A program made the position numbers and the translations under genes. A DNA stretch of 55,007 nucleotides from contig NBLL01000044.1 of the NCBI GenBank assembly GCA_002084355.1, positions 1 to 55,007 of the forward strand, written 5' to 3'. Below, one piece after another: positions 1 through 10,423 of this stretch. Every line of letters starts with the position of its first letter. The first letter of the stretch is position 1. The notes under the pieces are model-generated. The model had not been told where the DNA came from and made no database searches. It saw only the letters and a list, made by a program, of their open reading frames with translations. Source of the stretch: Bacteroidetes bacterium 4572_128 (GTDB lineage Bacteria; Bacteroidota; Bacteroidia; Bacteroidales; 4572-128).

Positions 1-257
1 GTTTTATGATTAGACGGTGTAACATTCCAATTAAAATCGTTCAAATAAAAAATTTCATGAATATCATTGTATGGAATAAAAGCGATTTTTTCCGCATCAA
101 AAGCTCCTAAATATGACGGAGGCAAATTTTTATCAAAAGTACGAGACTTTCCAATGGTTAAAATCAATTGAACGAAGGATTTATAAATGTCTGATTTTCC
201 TTTTTTTGCCTCCGCCCAAAGCAAACTTTCTTGTTCTAAGGATTCATTTTTATGCAT
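1..257 (-). CDS. N-terminal part of a protein that continues past the left window edge. It may be the PD-(D/E)xK-type N-terminus of a restriction-like enzyme.
   Basis: Own translation of the minus strand from ATG at 257-255 gives MHKNESLEQESLLWAEAKKGKSDIYKSFVQLILTIGKSRTFDKNLPPSYLGAFDAEKIAFIPYNDIHEIFYLNDFNWNVTPSNHK. An in-frame TAA lies upstream at 305-303. The ORF is absent from the track because the window truncates it. WAEAKKG...QL weakly resembles the ExK...Q core of MmeI/HsdR_N-type nuclease domains. Confidence 0.4.
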   Translation of the reverse strand, partial: MHKNESLEQESLLWAEAKKGKSDIYKSFVQLILTIGKSRTFDKNLPPSYLGAFDAEKIAFIPYNDIHEIFYLNDFNWNVTPSNHK

Positions 258-368
258 GGAAACGCAGAAATCTATATTTCCAATAATTTTGGTATTGCTA
301 TTTTATTTTTTAGCTCTTCTTCTCTAATGTTTAAATTGTATGATGTCATTGTATTTTTAATTATCATT

Positions 369-403
369 TATAATACAAATTTAATTTAAAAATTTGTATT
401 ATA
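369..403. other. Perfect 14-bp inverted repeat (TATAATACAAATTT / AAATTTGTATTATA) with a 7-nt loop. It may be a terminator or operator between the array and the gene starting at 257.
   Basis: Arms 369-382 and 390-403 are exact reverse complements, read directly. Confidence 0.5.
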
Positions 404-557
404 ATTTAAATTTTAATACATTAAAATTTTGACGTTTTTTTGAAAAAAAATTTTTTTTTAATTATAAAAAGTCTTAAAATTTTCACGTTTTTTGAAAAAA
501 ATATTTTTTTTATTTTGAAATTAAAAAATATTAAAATTTTGGACGATTTTTGAAAAA
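404..557 (+). repeat. Tandem A/T array, forward orientation (cores TTTTGACG, TTTTCACG, TTTTGGACGA), about 3 units.
   Basis: Repeated TTAAAATTTTG[G]ACGxTTTTTGAAAAAAA units abut the stop codon of ORF 558..1172. Confidence 0.85.
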
Positions 558-1468
558 TTATTTTTTTTTTGTTTTTACAAAATCAAAAAAATTTTTAATT
601 AAATTGAATTTATAATCAAAATCTTTTTCATCCTCAATATGAAATTGATAATCACCAGTTCCCCAATGTCCTTTTTCTGAAATATCTTTACAAATTTTTT
701 TTGTGTCATAAATTTTAATTTCTTTTTTTCCGAAAATAACTTTTAAAGATTTCTTTAAAAAAATAACACTTAAAAATGAACGATTATTTATTTTAAAAGA
801 AATATAAAGTTTTCTATAAAAGATCTCAATATTTCTATCAAAAGCTAAAATATTTTTTCTTAATTTTTGATACAAATTTTTTAAATTTTCGTTTGTCTTT
901 TTAATATGGTAATCCTCTGTATTTTTAGAATTTTTTACTTTTGATTTTTTAGATACATTTTTTCCTATAATAATTTTTTCATTTTCTTCTTTGATTTTAT
1001 CAAAAATTTGATATTCTTCTCGTTTTTTAAGTTTCTTCACTAATTCTTGGTATTCTATTTCTTTTTTTAAATTATTCAAATTTTTAAAAGAACCAAAAGA
1101 AAAAAAGTTCAAAACTTCCATATTAAAATTTGTTAAATTTTCAATGGATAAAGAATAGATTTTTAAGTACAATTTTTAACAGTGTTTACATAGTTCATTA
1201 ATTGCTCAAAATGTGCTCCATTCAACTCTGTTTCAAATCGTTTCACTTCTATTATAACATTTTGATTGTCTGATTTTAAATTAATATCTAAACGTTTTTT
1301 TCCTTCTGTTTTTTTTTCAAAAATAACACTTTTAAAATCAAAAACATCCCAAGCTAAATTTTTGAAAAGATCTAAGACAAGGCTATTTGTTGTCTGAGTT
1401 TCACAAATATTTTTATTTTCTTTTTTTAATAATTCTATTTTATTTTTTAATTTTCTTAAATTTTCCAT
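558..1468 (-). pseudogene. HsdR_N-like PD-(D/E)xK nuclease domain plus DUF5655-like C-terminal domain protein, split into two frames.
   Basis: ORF 1163..1468 carries D-x(n)-E-x-K (RLDINL...VIIEVKR) followed by FEQLMNY, as in type I HsdR N-terminal domains. ORF 558..1172 ends with a HWGTGDY-containing domain resembling DUF5655. The ORFs overlap by 10 nt in different frames. Adding one base to the T5 run at 1173-1177 joins them (..TVKKLYLKIYSLS..). Confidence 0.5.
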
Positions 1469-1499
1469 AATTATTTTATTAATAAATCACAATAATAAT

Positions 1500-2095
1500 A
1501 AAAAAATTTTAATTTAAAAAAAACATCATTTTTTTGAAAAAAATTTTTTAATTTTGAAATTTAAAAAAATTAAAAATTTTGGACGATTTTTGAAAAAAAT
1601 TTTTTTTATTTTGAAATTAAAAAATCTTAAAATTTTGGACGATTTTTGAAAAAATTTTTTTTAATTTTTAAATATTAAAATTTTGGACGATTTTTGAAAA
1701 AAAAAAAATTTCAAAATTGAAATTAAAAAATATTAAAATTTTGGACGATTTTTGAAAAAAAATTTTTTTTTAATTGAAATTAAAAAAATGTTAAAATTTT
1801 GGACGATCTTTTGAAAAAAAATTTTTTTTAACATTGGAGGTTTCTTTTTTAACACCAATGTTTATTAAATGTTGTTTTTTTAAAAATGTTAAAATTTTGG
1901 GCGAATTATGAAAAAAGTTTTTTTTAATTGAAATTTAAAAATGTTAAAATTTTGGGCGAATTATGAAAAAAATTTTTTTTTAATTTGAAATTAAAAAATG
2001 TTAAAATTTTCACGATTTTTGAAAAATTTTTTTTTAATTGAAATTTAAAAATATTAAAATTTTGGGCGATTTTTGAAAAAAAAATTTTTTTATTA
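1500..2095 (+). repeat. Tandem A/T array, forward orientation, about 10 units of 54-58 bp (cores GGACGA, GGGCGA, TCACGA).
   Basis: TTAAAATTTTGGACGATTTTTGAAAAAAA recurs at about 1581, 1636, 1684, 1742 and 1799. The GGGCGAATTATGAAAAAA variant occurs at about 1889 and 1943, with further cores at 2009 and 2064. Confidence 0.9.
1830..1862 (+). repeat. CATTGG hairpin element (AACATTGGAGG...CACCAATGTT) embedded in the array.
   Basis: The 8-bp arms AACATTGG / CCAATGTT were read directly. The same element recurs at 17303, 17394, 19391 and 52772. Confidence 0.7.
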
Positions 2096-2147
2096 TATTT
2101 TTGTACATTTTCAAATTTTTTATTTGAATAATTTTTAAATTAAAAAT

Positions 2148-2189
2148 AAAATCCAAAAAACTGCCTAATTAAACAATCTTTTGGATTTT
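2148..2189 (-). terminator. Possible terminator hairpin downstream of fabH.
   Basis: AAAATCCAAAA (2148-2158) and TTTTGGATTTT (2179-2189) are exact reverse complements. The 20-nt loop is long for an intrinsic terminator. Confidence 0.3.
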
Positions 2190-2211
2190 TTATCTTTATG
2201 TAAAATTTATT

Positions 2212-3201
2212 TTAGTAAGCCCATTTCAAATAAATTGCTCCCCAAGTAAAACCTCCGCCAAAGGCAGCAAGTATTAAATTATCGCCTTTTTTCAATTTGC
2301 TTTCCCATTCCCACAAACACAGTGGAATAGTTCCATTTGTAGTGTTTCCATATTTTTCTATATTTACCATAACTCTTTCCAGAGGTACATTTATACGTCT
2401 TGCAGTTGCATCAATAATTCTTTTATTTGCTTGATGTGGAACTAACCAATTAATATCATCTCCTTTGATATTATTTTTTTTTAGAATTTCCTCTGCAACA
2501 TTTGCCATATTTGTTACTGCAAACTTAAAAACTGGCTGTCCTTCTTGATAAATAAAATGCTCTTTTGCATTTATAGTTTCGTGTGATGATGGTTTTACAG
2601 AGCCTCCTGCTTTCATATGTAAATGTACTTTTCCTGCACCGTCAGCCTTTAAAATACTATCCATTATTCCAACTTCCTCTGTGGTTGGTTCCAAAAGAAC
2701 TGCTCCACCTCCGTCACCAAAAATAATACAAGTTGAACGGTCAGTATAATCTACTATAGATGACATTTTATCCGCACTAACAACTAAAACTTTTTTATAG
2801 TTTCCTGTTTCTATATATTTAGAAGCAGTTGTTAATCCATATAAAAAACCAGAACAAGCTGCCATTAAATCAAAACTGAACGCATTTTTTATTCCAACCA
2901 TATCACTAATAATATTAGCAGTAGCTGGAAATTGCATATCTGGAGTAACAGTTGTGCATATTAATAAATCAATTTCATCTGGCGAAATTCCTTTCTTTTT
3001 TAATAACTTTTCGACAGCCTTAGCTCCTATATAAGAAGTTCCTAAATTTTCACCTTTTAAAATTCTTCTTTCTTTGATACCCGTTCTGGATAATATCCAT
3101 TCGTTATTGGTATCAACCATAGTTTCTAACTCTTTGTTTGTCAAAATATAATCTGGAACATATCCTTGTATTCCAGTTATTGCTGCTCTTATTTTACTCA
3201 T
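2212..3201 (-). CDS. fabH: 3-oxoacyl-ACP synthase III (KAS III).
   Basis: 329-aa [51 protein letters not shown], the active-site context AACSGF and C-terminal GGGFTWGA are typical of FabH. It has a 4-nt overlap with plsX. Confidence 0.93.
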   Translation of the reverse strand: MSKIRAAITGIQGYVPDYILTNKELETMVDTNNEWILSRTGIKERRILKGENLGTSYIGAKAVEKLLKKKGISPDEIDLLICTTVTPDMQFPATANIISDMVGIKNAFSFDLMAACSGFLYGLTTASKYIETGNYKKVLVVSADKMSSIVDYTDRSTCIIFGDGGGAVLLEPTTEEVGIMDSILKADGAGKVHLHMKAGGSVKPSSHETINAKEHFIYQEGQPVFKFAVTNMANVAEEILKKNNIKGDDINWLVPHQANKRIIDATARRINVPLERVMVNIEKYGNTTNGTIPLCLWEWESKLKKGDNLILAAFGGGFTWGAIYLKWAY

Positions 3202-4148
3202 ATTTTTTGTTTAAATGCAGTTTTTATTTTTTCAGATAAATTTACTTCTATGACAGTTTTTGTTTTTATTATCATATTTTTTATTGCAAAAATACTAGAG
3301 GCACCATGTCCTATAATTACATTTGAATTAATTCCAAGTATTGGTGTTCCACCGTAAGATTCTGGATTAAAAGTATCGAAAAATTTATTTTTCACTTTTT
3401 TCTTTTTTATTAAAGAATAAAAAGCCTCCGCACCTTTCAAAACAATATTGCCCGTAAAACCATCACAAACAATAACATCTGCTTTTTCATCATTAAAAAA
3501 ATCTGTTCCTTCTACATTTCCTATGAAATTAAAATCATCAGTATTTTTCATAATTTCATAAGTTGCTTTAGTCAATAAATTTCCTTTTTCTTTTTCTGAA
3601 CCTATGCTTAATAATCCAACTCTCGGATTTTTTATTCCAAAAATACTTTCTGCATAAACAGAACCAATAATAGCGTATTGATATAAGACTTCTGGTTTAA
3701 CATCTGGATTAATTCCAACATCAAGCAATACCGCTAATTTACCATTATCTTTTGGCATAACAGTAGAAATCGCTGGACGAATTACATTTGAAATAACTTT
3801 CACTGTGTACATCGCACCAACAAGCATAGCTCCTGTATTTCCTGCACTTGCAAAACCGTCTATTTTATTAGAACTTAACAATTTATAACCAATAGAAATA
3901 CCAGATTTTTGTTTTTTTACGAAAGATTTTGCTGGATGCTCAGACATTCCAATTGTTTCTGATGCATGAACTATCTCAAATTGGTTAATATCTTCCTGTT
4001 CCTGTTGAAAAATTTTTTTTATTATTTTTTCGTCTCCAATTAAAACCAATTTAATATTTGAGGATAGTTCTTTTTTTGCTTCTATAGCACCACGTATTCT
4101 TATACGTGGACTATAATCGCCTCCCATAATATCTATACCAATTTTCAT
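3198..4148 (-). CDS. plsX: Phosphate acyltransferase PlsX.
   Basis: 316-aa ORF starting [14 protein letters not shown], with AGNTGA and CDGFTGNI motifs. It sits in the conserved rpmF-plsX-fabH order. Confidence 0.93.
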   Translation of the reverse strand: MKIGIDIMGGDYSPRIRIRGAIEAKKELSSNIKLVLIGDEKIIKKIFQQEQEDINQFEIVHASETIGMSEHPAKSFVKKQKSGISIGYKLLSSNKIDGFASAGNTGAMLVGAMYTVKVISNVIRPAISTVMPKDNGKLAVLLDVGINPDVKPEVLYQYAIIGSVYAESIFGIKNPRVGLLSIGSEKEKGNLLTKATYEIMKNTDDFNFIGNVEGTDFFNDEKADVIVCDGFTGNIVLKGAEAFYSLIKKKKVKNKFFDTFNPESYGGTPILGINSNVIIGHGASSIFAIKNMIIKTKTVIEVNLSEKIKTAFKQKI

Positions 4149-4175
4149 AATTTTTTAAATTATTGGTTCCATTTT

Positions 4176-4361
4176 TTATTGATTTTCAGATTTTTCCACT
4201 GCAAGTTTACCTCTATAATAACCGCATTCTGGACAAACTCTATGATAAAGTACTGTTCCACCGCAGTTGGAACAATTAGCTAAAGTTCGTGGAATCGCTT
4301 TATAATGCGTCCTACGTTTGTCTCTTCTTTGTTTTGATATTCTGTGTTTTGGATGTGCCAT
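4176..4361 (-). CDS. rpmF: 50S ribosomal protein L32.
   Basis: 61 aa, MAHPKHRISKQRRDKRRTHYK, plus a CxxC...CxxC zinc ribbon. Confidence 0.93.
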   Translation of the reverse strand: MAHPKHRISKQRRDKRRTHYKAIPRTLANCSNCGGTVLYHRVCPECGYYRGKLAVEKSENQ

Positions 4362-4369
4362 TTTAAAAA

Positions 4370-4912
4370 TTATTTTTTATTAAAATTTTTTAGTGCTAAC
4401 CATCTATGGTCAATAATATTTTCTTTTTTCGATTTTAAATTTTCTAATTTTTCTATAATTAATGGATTACAAGTAGAAAAACCATTTTCATCATTTTGAT
4501 GAACTTTTTTATAAGGCATACTCAAAACAATACATTCATAAATGTAATGCTTTAAATCAATTTGTTTATCAAATTTTGAAATTGCCATATAATCATCTTC
4601 TTTTTTGTAATCAAAAAATTCATCTAAATTTTCACGAAATCTAATTAATAATTTCCCATTATATTTAATTGGAAAATCAAAATAATCCATACATCTATCG
4701 CATTGAACATTTACGAAACCTTCAATTTTTGTAAAAATTTTTATATAGTTTCTTTTCAAATCTAAATTTATATCAACGACTAAATTAGCTTTTTTAATGG
4801 TTGATAATTTAATTTTTGAAAAAAAATTATCTTTTACAAAAAATTTAAGATGTAAATCTTCATTTTTTAAATTTTGCAAATAAATAACGTAATTATTTTC
4901 TAAATTATTCAA
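4370..4912 (-). CDS. yceD: YceD/DUF177 family protein (23S rRNA accumulation protein).
   Basis: 180 aa, immediately upstream of rpmF as in most bacteria. It has the CDRC motif typical of DUF177. Confidence 0.7.
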   Translation of the reverse strand: MNNLENNYVIYLQNLKNEDLHLKFFVKDNFFSKIKLSTIKKANLVVDINLDLKRNYIKIFTKIEGFVNVQCDRCMDYFDFPIKYNGKLLIRFRENLDEFFDYKKEDDYMAISKFDKQIDLKHYIYECIVLSMPYKKVHQNDENGFSTCNPLIIEKLENLKSKKENIIDHRWLALKNFNKK

Positions 4913-4992
4913 AAAATTTTTTTTATTTTTTAAAATTGCAAAATTATTATTTTTATGTAAAAAAAAAAAATTTTTTCATATAAATTTATAAA

Positions 4993-5415
4993 ATGAAAAT
5001 TTTAATTATTTGTACAGGAAATTCTTGTAGAAGCCAAATGGCAGAATCTATATTAAAAAGTTTTGATGAAAATCTTGAGGTTTTTTCGGCTGGAACAATA
5101 ATAGAGAAATATGTAAATCCTTATGCTGTGAAAGTTATGAAAGAAGTTGGAATAAATTTATCAAAAAATTATCCAAAAAATGTAAATATTTTTTTGAAAA
5201 ATAAATTTGATTTTGTAATTACCGTTTGCGATGGTGCGAAAGAAATTTGTCCAGTTTTTTTAGGAGATGTAAAAAAATATTTTCATATTCCTTTCGAAGA
5301 CCCAGCAAATGCAAAAGGCTCTGAAGAAGAGATTTTGAAAATCTATAGAAAAAGCCGTGAAACTATAAAAGAAAAATTTTTGTATTTTTACAAAAAAGAA
5401 ATTTTTGTATTTTAA
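4993..5415 (+). CDS. LMW phosphatase-family arsenate reductase (thioredoxin-coupled ArsC type) or LMW protein-tyrosine phosphatase.
   Basis: 140 aa. P-loop CTGNSCRS at the N-terminus, and VITVCDGAKEICPVF carries the two extra Cys typical of the Trx-coupled ArsC family. Confidence 0.75.
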   Translation: MKILIICTGNSCRSQMAESILKSFDENLEVFSAGTIIEKYVNPYAVKVMKEVGINLSKNYPKNVNIFLKNKFDFVITVCDGAKEICPVFLGDVKKYFHIPFEDPANAKGSEEEILKIYRKSRETIKEKFLYFYKKEIFVF

Positions 5416-6046
5416 AATGAAATATATAAAAATATTAAAATATCGTATTTCTAAAAAGAAAAAAGAATTATTAATTCAAAATAATAAGAAAAATTTATTT
5501 TTTATTTTCATAAAATTTTTTTTGGAAATTATAATTGGTTTTTATAGGATTTTGATGGCAAAATTTTATCTGAGAAATGTTACTAAATTAGGGAAATTAG
5601 TTTCTATAAAAAATAAGCCATTAATAAAAGCAAATGGAAAAATTTACATAGGAGATAATGTACGAATTTGGTCTTTTGTTAACAAAACAAAATTACTTGT
5701 TGATAAGAATGGAACTTTAAAGATAGGTGAAAATTCTCGTATAAATTCTTGTCATATTTCTGTGAGCAATTTTGTAGAAATTGGTAAAAATGTCAGGATT
5801 GCTCCGGGAGTTTTGATTTTAGACAGTGATTATCATTTAGTAGAAAATCATTTCTCTGAAGATGGGAAAAATTCTCCGATAATTATAGAAGATGATGTTT
5901 GGCTTGCGATGCGTTGCATAATCTTAAAAGGTGTTAAAATTGGAAAATCATCAGTTGTTGCTGCTGGTTCAGTAGTAACAAAAAATGTTCCTCCAAATTG
6001 TGTAGTTGCCGGAGTTCCTGCAAAAATTATAAAAAAAATTAAATAA
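5405..6046 (+). CDS. Hexapeptide-repeat (LbH) O-acetyltransferase. The start is uncertain (ATG at 5417 or 5555 also possible).
   Basis: The C-terminal half WLAMRCIILKGVKIGKSSVVAAGSVVTKNVPPNCVVAGVPAKIIKKI is the classic left-handed beta-helix acyltransferase signature. Confidence 0.75.
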   Translation: MYFKMKYIKILKYRISKKKKELLIQNNKKNLFFIFIKFFLEIIIGFYRILMAKFYLRNVTKLGKLVSIKNKPLIKANGKIYIGDNVRIWSFVNKTKLLVDKNGTLKIGENSRINSCHISVSNFVEIGKNVRIAPGVLILDSDYHLVENHFSEDGKNSPIIIEDDVWLAMRCIILKGVKIGKSSVVAAGSVVTKNVPPNCVVAGVPAKIIKKIK

Positions 6047-6084
6047 TAAAATTTCATTTTTTAAAATTATTTTAAGGTTTTTAA

Positions 6085-6140
6085 TTTTTTAAAATTTCAT
6101 AAAAAAAAATTTTTTCAAAAAAACGCAAAATTTTAATGAT
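6085..6140 (-). repeat. Single array-type unit, reverse orientation.
   Basis: TTTTTCAAAAAAACGCAAAATTTTAATG read directly. Confidence 0.6.
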
Positions 6141-6424
6141 TTTTTTTATATGCACACGCAATTGATTTGTATGCTTCACGTGAAAAGGATATAATGTTTT
6201 TCAAAATGATAAACGATATCCTGTAAAAGGAGATAATATATTTGCAGTAAATATTGGGATAAATTACAGATGAAATAAAAAAATATAGATATAATGAATT
6301 TAAAATAGAAATTATGAATGTTACCAATAACAAAGCTGTAGTTATAATATTATGACATAAGAACAAAAGAAATTAAAAAAAACTTACATAATTATCTCTG
6401 ATTCCGAATTTTATATAATTAATT

Positions 6425-6590
6425 TTTCCAAAAAAAAAGCATTTTTTTTGAAAAAATATTAAAAATTTTGGCATTTTATTGAAAAAAATTTTTTTTGAAA
6501 TAAAATATTAAAATTTTCGGTATTTTTGTAAAAAAATAATTTTCATAATTTTTTAATTAAAAATTAAAAATTTTGAGGAAGTTAAAAGAA
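6425..6590 (+). repeat. Short degenerate array, forward orientation, about 3 units.
   Basis: ATTAAAAATTTTGGCATTTTATTGAAAAAAA and ATTAAAATTTTCGGTATTTTTGTAAAAAAA read directly. Confidence 0.65.
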
Positions 6591-6619
6591 TTTAAATTTT
6601 AATTTTATAAATAAAAAAA

Positions 6620-7818
6620 ATGTACGATATAATAATTATTGGAGGCGGAGCTTCTGGAATGTTTGTCTCTAATTTTCTTGCTGAGAAAGGGAAAAAAGTT
6701 TTAATCTTAGAAAAGACAAAAATTCTTGGTCGTAAGTTGTCTATTACAGGAAAAGGACGATGCAATTTGACTAATTTAAATGATAAAGATGAATTTTTAA
6801 ATCATTTTCACACAGACAAAGAATTGGTGTAAAAACTGCTTCAGAAAGAGGAAAAAGAGTTTTTTTGAAAAGTAATAATGCAAAAGAAATAGTCTTTGCT
6901 TTGAAAAATTTACTAAAAAAAAATAAAGTAGAAATTATTTATAAAGCAAATGTAAAAAAATTTATAAAAAAAGAAAATGAAATTATCGCAGTAAAATTAG
7001 AAAATAAAAAAATTTTTCGTGGAAAATATTTTGTTTTAGCAACAGGTGGTGCTTCTTATCCAAGAACAGGTTCAACAGGAGACGGTTATAAATTAGCAAA
7101 AGATCTTGGTCATGAAATAATATCAATACGACCATCATTAGTTCCTTTTGAAATCAAAGAGCAAAAAAAAATTGAAATCTTAAATGGTTTAATTTTAAAA
7201 AATGTAAAATTAAAAGTTCTTGTAAATAATAAAAAAGAATTGGAAAAATTCGGTGAAATGCAATTTTATAAATGGGGAATTTCCGGTGCAATAGTTTTAA
7301 ATTTAAGTAGGAAAATAGTTGATTTTTTGAATGGAAAAAAGAAAATAAAAATTTCTATAGATTTAAAACCAGCTTTAAGTGACGAAAAATTAACTAACAG
7401 ATTAATTAGAGAGTTTAAAAAATTCCCGAATTTAAGTATAGAAAAAATTCTAAGAAAATTAATTCCAGAAAAATTAATAAAAATTTGTTTGCAAGAAACA
7501 AAAATTTCATTTTCGAAAAATGTCAAAATAATTTCAAATAATGAAAAAATAAAAATTGTAAAATTCTTAAAAAATTTTTCATTAGAAATTACAAAAGATA
7601 GAGGTTTTTCAGAAGCAATTATAACGGCTGGAGGAATTTCTACAAAAGAAATTTATAAAAATAATTTGCAATCAAAAATTTTAAAAAATTTATTTTTTAC
7701 CGGAGAAGTTATAGACGTAGATGCAGATACCGGAGGTTACAATTTACAATGGGCATTTTCAAGCTCCTATTTAGTAGCAGAAAAATTAATGAATAATGAG
7801 GAAATGAAGAATTTTTAA
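6620..7818 (+). pseudogene. HI0933/YhiN-family FAD-dependent oxidoreductase, disrupted by an internal deletion and frameshift.
   Basis: ORF 6620..6832 has the FAD fold IIIIGGGASGMF and GRKLSITGKGRCNLTN. The next conserved block (..IGVKTASERGKRVFLKSNNAKEIVFAL..) reads in another frame from about 6826. A segment usually present between these blocks is missing. The C-terminus GGYNLQWAFSS is typical of the family. Confidence 0.7.
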
Positions 7819-7865
7819 TAATGAAAGCATTTTGCATTCCTCATTCACATTATTTATTCCTCATT
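7795..7865. terminator. AATGAGGAA / TTCCTCATT hairpin region between convergent genes.
   Basis: AATGAGGAA at 7795-7803, with ATTCCTCATT at 7836-7845 and again at 7856-7865. It overlaps the last codons (N-E-E) of both convergent ORFs. Confidence 0.45.
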
Positions 7866-10356
7866 TTTCTTTGTACTAATGTTAAATTCTACATTTTCTC
7901 CTTTGTAGTTTTCACTTTCTTCTATAGAAATTTTTATTTTTACTTCTGTTGTTTCTATTTTTTTACTTGCTTTAAAAACAATTTTTTCAGTATGATTTGC
8001 ATTTGCAGAGATTTTTTTCACAGTAATTTTTTTCTTATATTTTAAGTTTTTAGAAACATTTTCTGTTTCTACAAGGATTTTAATTTTTTTTAAATTTTTT
8101 TTACTGGTATTTCTTATTGTAAGGATTAATTTTCCTTCTTCTTTTGCGTTTAAAATATTATCTCTTCCATCGTCTATAAATTCTATTATTTTCATTTCTA
8201 AAATAGGACGTTTATCATTTTTAGAAATTTCTTCATTTTCATTTTCCTCTTCCTCTTCCTCTTCCTCTACTTCTTTTTTTTCTATATCTATATTTTCTTT
8301 TTCTGGAATTTCGTTTTTTGAAGTTTCTATTATTAATTTAAAACCTTGTGGCAAATTGTTATTTTTTTCTTCAAAAGTAATATTGAAATTAAATGTTCCA
8401 TCTATGATTTTTTTACTAGCTTTAATTTTTAAAATTCTTATATCTTTTTCTCCTGCAGAGAGTTTTTTGAAAATAGCCGATTTATCATATTTCAAAGCTT
8501 TATGAGCATCTTTAGAATTTAATTTAATTTTCAATTTTTTTAATTCTATTTTACTTTTATTTGTTATGGTAATTTGTAAATTTCCTTCCTCTTTTGCATT
8601 TAAAATATTATCAAAAGATGGTTCAACAAATTTATATTCTATTTTGAATTTTTCATCTTCTTTTATAAAAACTTCTGGTTCTATTTGTTTTATAATTTCT
8701 AAAGTGTCTTGAATTGTTTCTATGATACTGTCTGTATTATTTTCTTCTTCATATTCTTCTTCGTTAAATTCATCAGTTTCCCATTTATCTTCTGGATGTG
8801 TTGCGTTTTCATTTTCTAAAATGAAACTCATTTCAGCATCTTCTAAATAAAGTGGTTTTTTTTGTTTTCCAAACTCATAAGCAATCCCAGTTCTTGGATG
8901 TATAAGTTTAATATTAAAAATATCAAAAGTTTCACAATCTTCAAGAAGTTGTTTTGCTCCTATTACTTCAACATCTTGTAAATTTTGTTTTAAAATACGC
9001 GCTTCATCTCTTCGAATTTTTACATATTCTACATTTCCTAATATTGTCACTGGAAAATATTCAGCTTCAGCATTATAATAACCAAGTATATCTATTTTTA
9101 GATGTATTATTTCATAAGATTTTTTAATATTTTCTCTTCTGGAAAGTTCTACTTTTTGTGCTCTATCTATTTTTATTTCACTTTTTTCATCTGTCAGCAT
9201 TACATTAGCAATTGAATCTATTTCTTTTTGTTTTTTTATTGCAAGATCTTCATTTAATAAAAATTTTTGTTCTCTAAGAACAATTAACTCTAATGAATCA
9301 TCTTCAATTTGTCTATATTTTTCATACATTTCTAATGTAAATAATTCAGCTTTATTTATACGTTCTTCATATTCTGCTAAAGTTTCGAATTCATCTTTTG
9401 AAGCAAATAGATCTACTAATTCTATTTCATTTGAAGTTTTTATAGTATTAGAATTTTTAGATAAATTTTCTTCTAATAAATTATAATAATCCCATAATTT
9501 TAATGTATTATCATCACTTGCGCTTACAATATATTTTCCATCTGGACTAAATTGAACACAATTAATTATTGATTTATGTCCAGTAAATATTCCTAATATA
9601 CGACCACTTTCAGTTTCCCAAATTCTTATGCTTGTATCACAACCTGCACTCACAATATAATTTCCATCTGGACTAAAATCTACAGAATTTATTTTATTTG
9701 TATGTCCTATAAAACTTCTAATTGTGTCTCCAGAATTTACATCCCAAAGTATTAAATTTTTATCAGCACTTGAACTAATTAAACTTCTTCCATCTGGACT
9801 AAATTCTATGTGAGTAACAATATCTTTATGCTCTTCTAATGTTTTTCTTGCATATTTTCTTGTAATATCCCAAATTCTTATGGTTTTATCATTGCTTGCT
9901 TTCTCTTCTGTCCCAAAATATTAGATTATTATCTTCACTTCCACTAATAATATAATTTCCATCTGGACTAAAAGCAAGCGATACAATTTTAGTTTTATGC
10001 TCTTTAAAAACATTTAAAATTTTTCCATTTGAAATTCTAGATAATCTAAAATTATTATCAGAAGTATCTGCATTTATAATAAACTCTCCATCAGAACTAT
10101 ATGCAACAGCATTTATATTATTATCATAACCTTTAAAAGTTCTAATTTCTTCACCGCTTTCTATCTTCCATAATTTTAAAGTTTCATCCCAACTTCCACT
10201 AATTATATATTTTCCGTCAGAAGAGAAATGAACAGAATTTACTCTGTTTTTATGTCCTTTTAATGTTCTAACAAATTCATTTTTTTCTTCCTGAGAATAT
10301 GTTTCCTTAATAAAAAAAAGAAAAAAAATTATAAAAAGAATATTAAATGTTTTCAT
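7854..10356 (-). pseudogene. Secreted WD40-repeat protein, tandem paralog of 10424..12907, broken by an out-of-frame deletion inside the WD40 region.
   Basis: ORF 9889..10356 (signal peptide plus 3 WD repeats) ends ..WDRRESKQ*. The next frame continues ASNDKTIRIWDITRKYARKTLEEHKD... into ORF 7854..9653. Relative to the paralog ([43 protein letters not shown]), about 25 codons are missing. Confidence 0.75.
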
Positions 10357-10423
10357 TTTTATTAAATTAAATAAAAAAAAATTAAAATTTCCAATTCTAA
10401 AAAAAATTGGAAATTCTTAAAAA

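Noticed and set aside
3166-3357. Many short ORFs overlapping or antisense to long genes. Examples: 3166..3357, 5848..6057, 7266..7526, 7821..8045, 11121..11318, 11691..11930, 12023..12253, 15011..15235, 16121..16315, 20332..20517, 24918..25106, 26151..26339, 27239..27475, 29056..29301, 33773..34075, 35627..35925, 36270..37019, 37390..37698, 40135..40344, 41538..41873, 42546..42734, 43730..43915, 49772..50254, 50957..51214, 51790..52056, 53471..54012.
   Set aside because: These are shadow frames inside well-supported genes. Their composition is low-complexity and none shows family motifs.
6133-6366. 77-aa hydrophobic ORF on the minus strand.
   Set aside because: It is a low-complexity Ile/Phe/Leu/Tyr frame of the kind expected by chance in A/T-rich DNA, with no recognisable family or start context.
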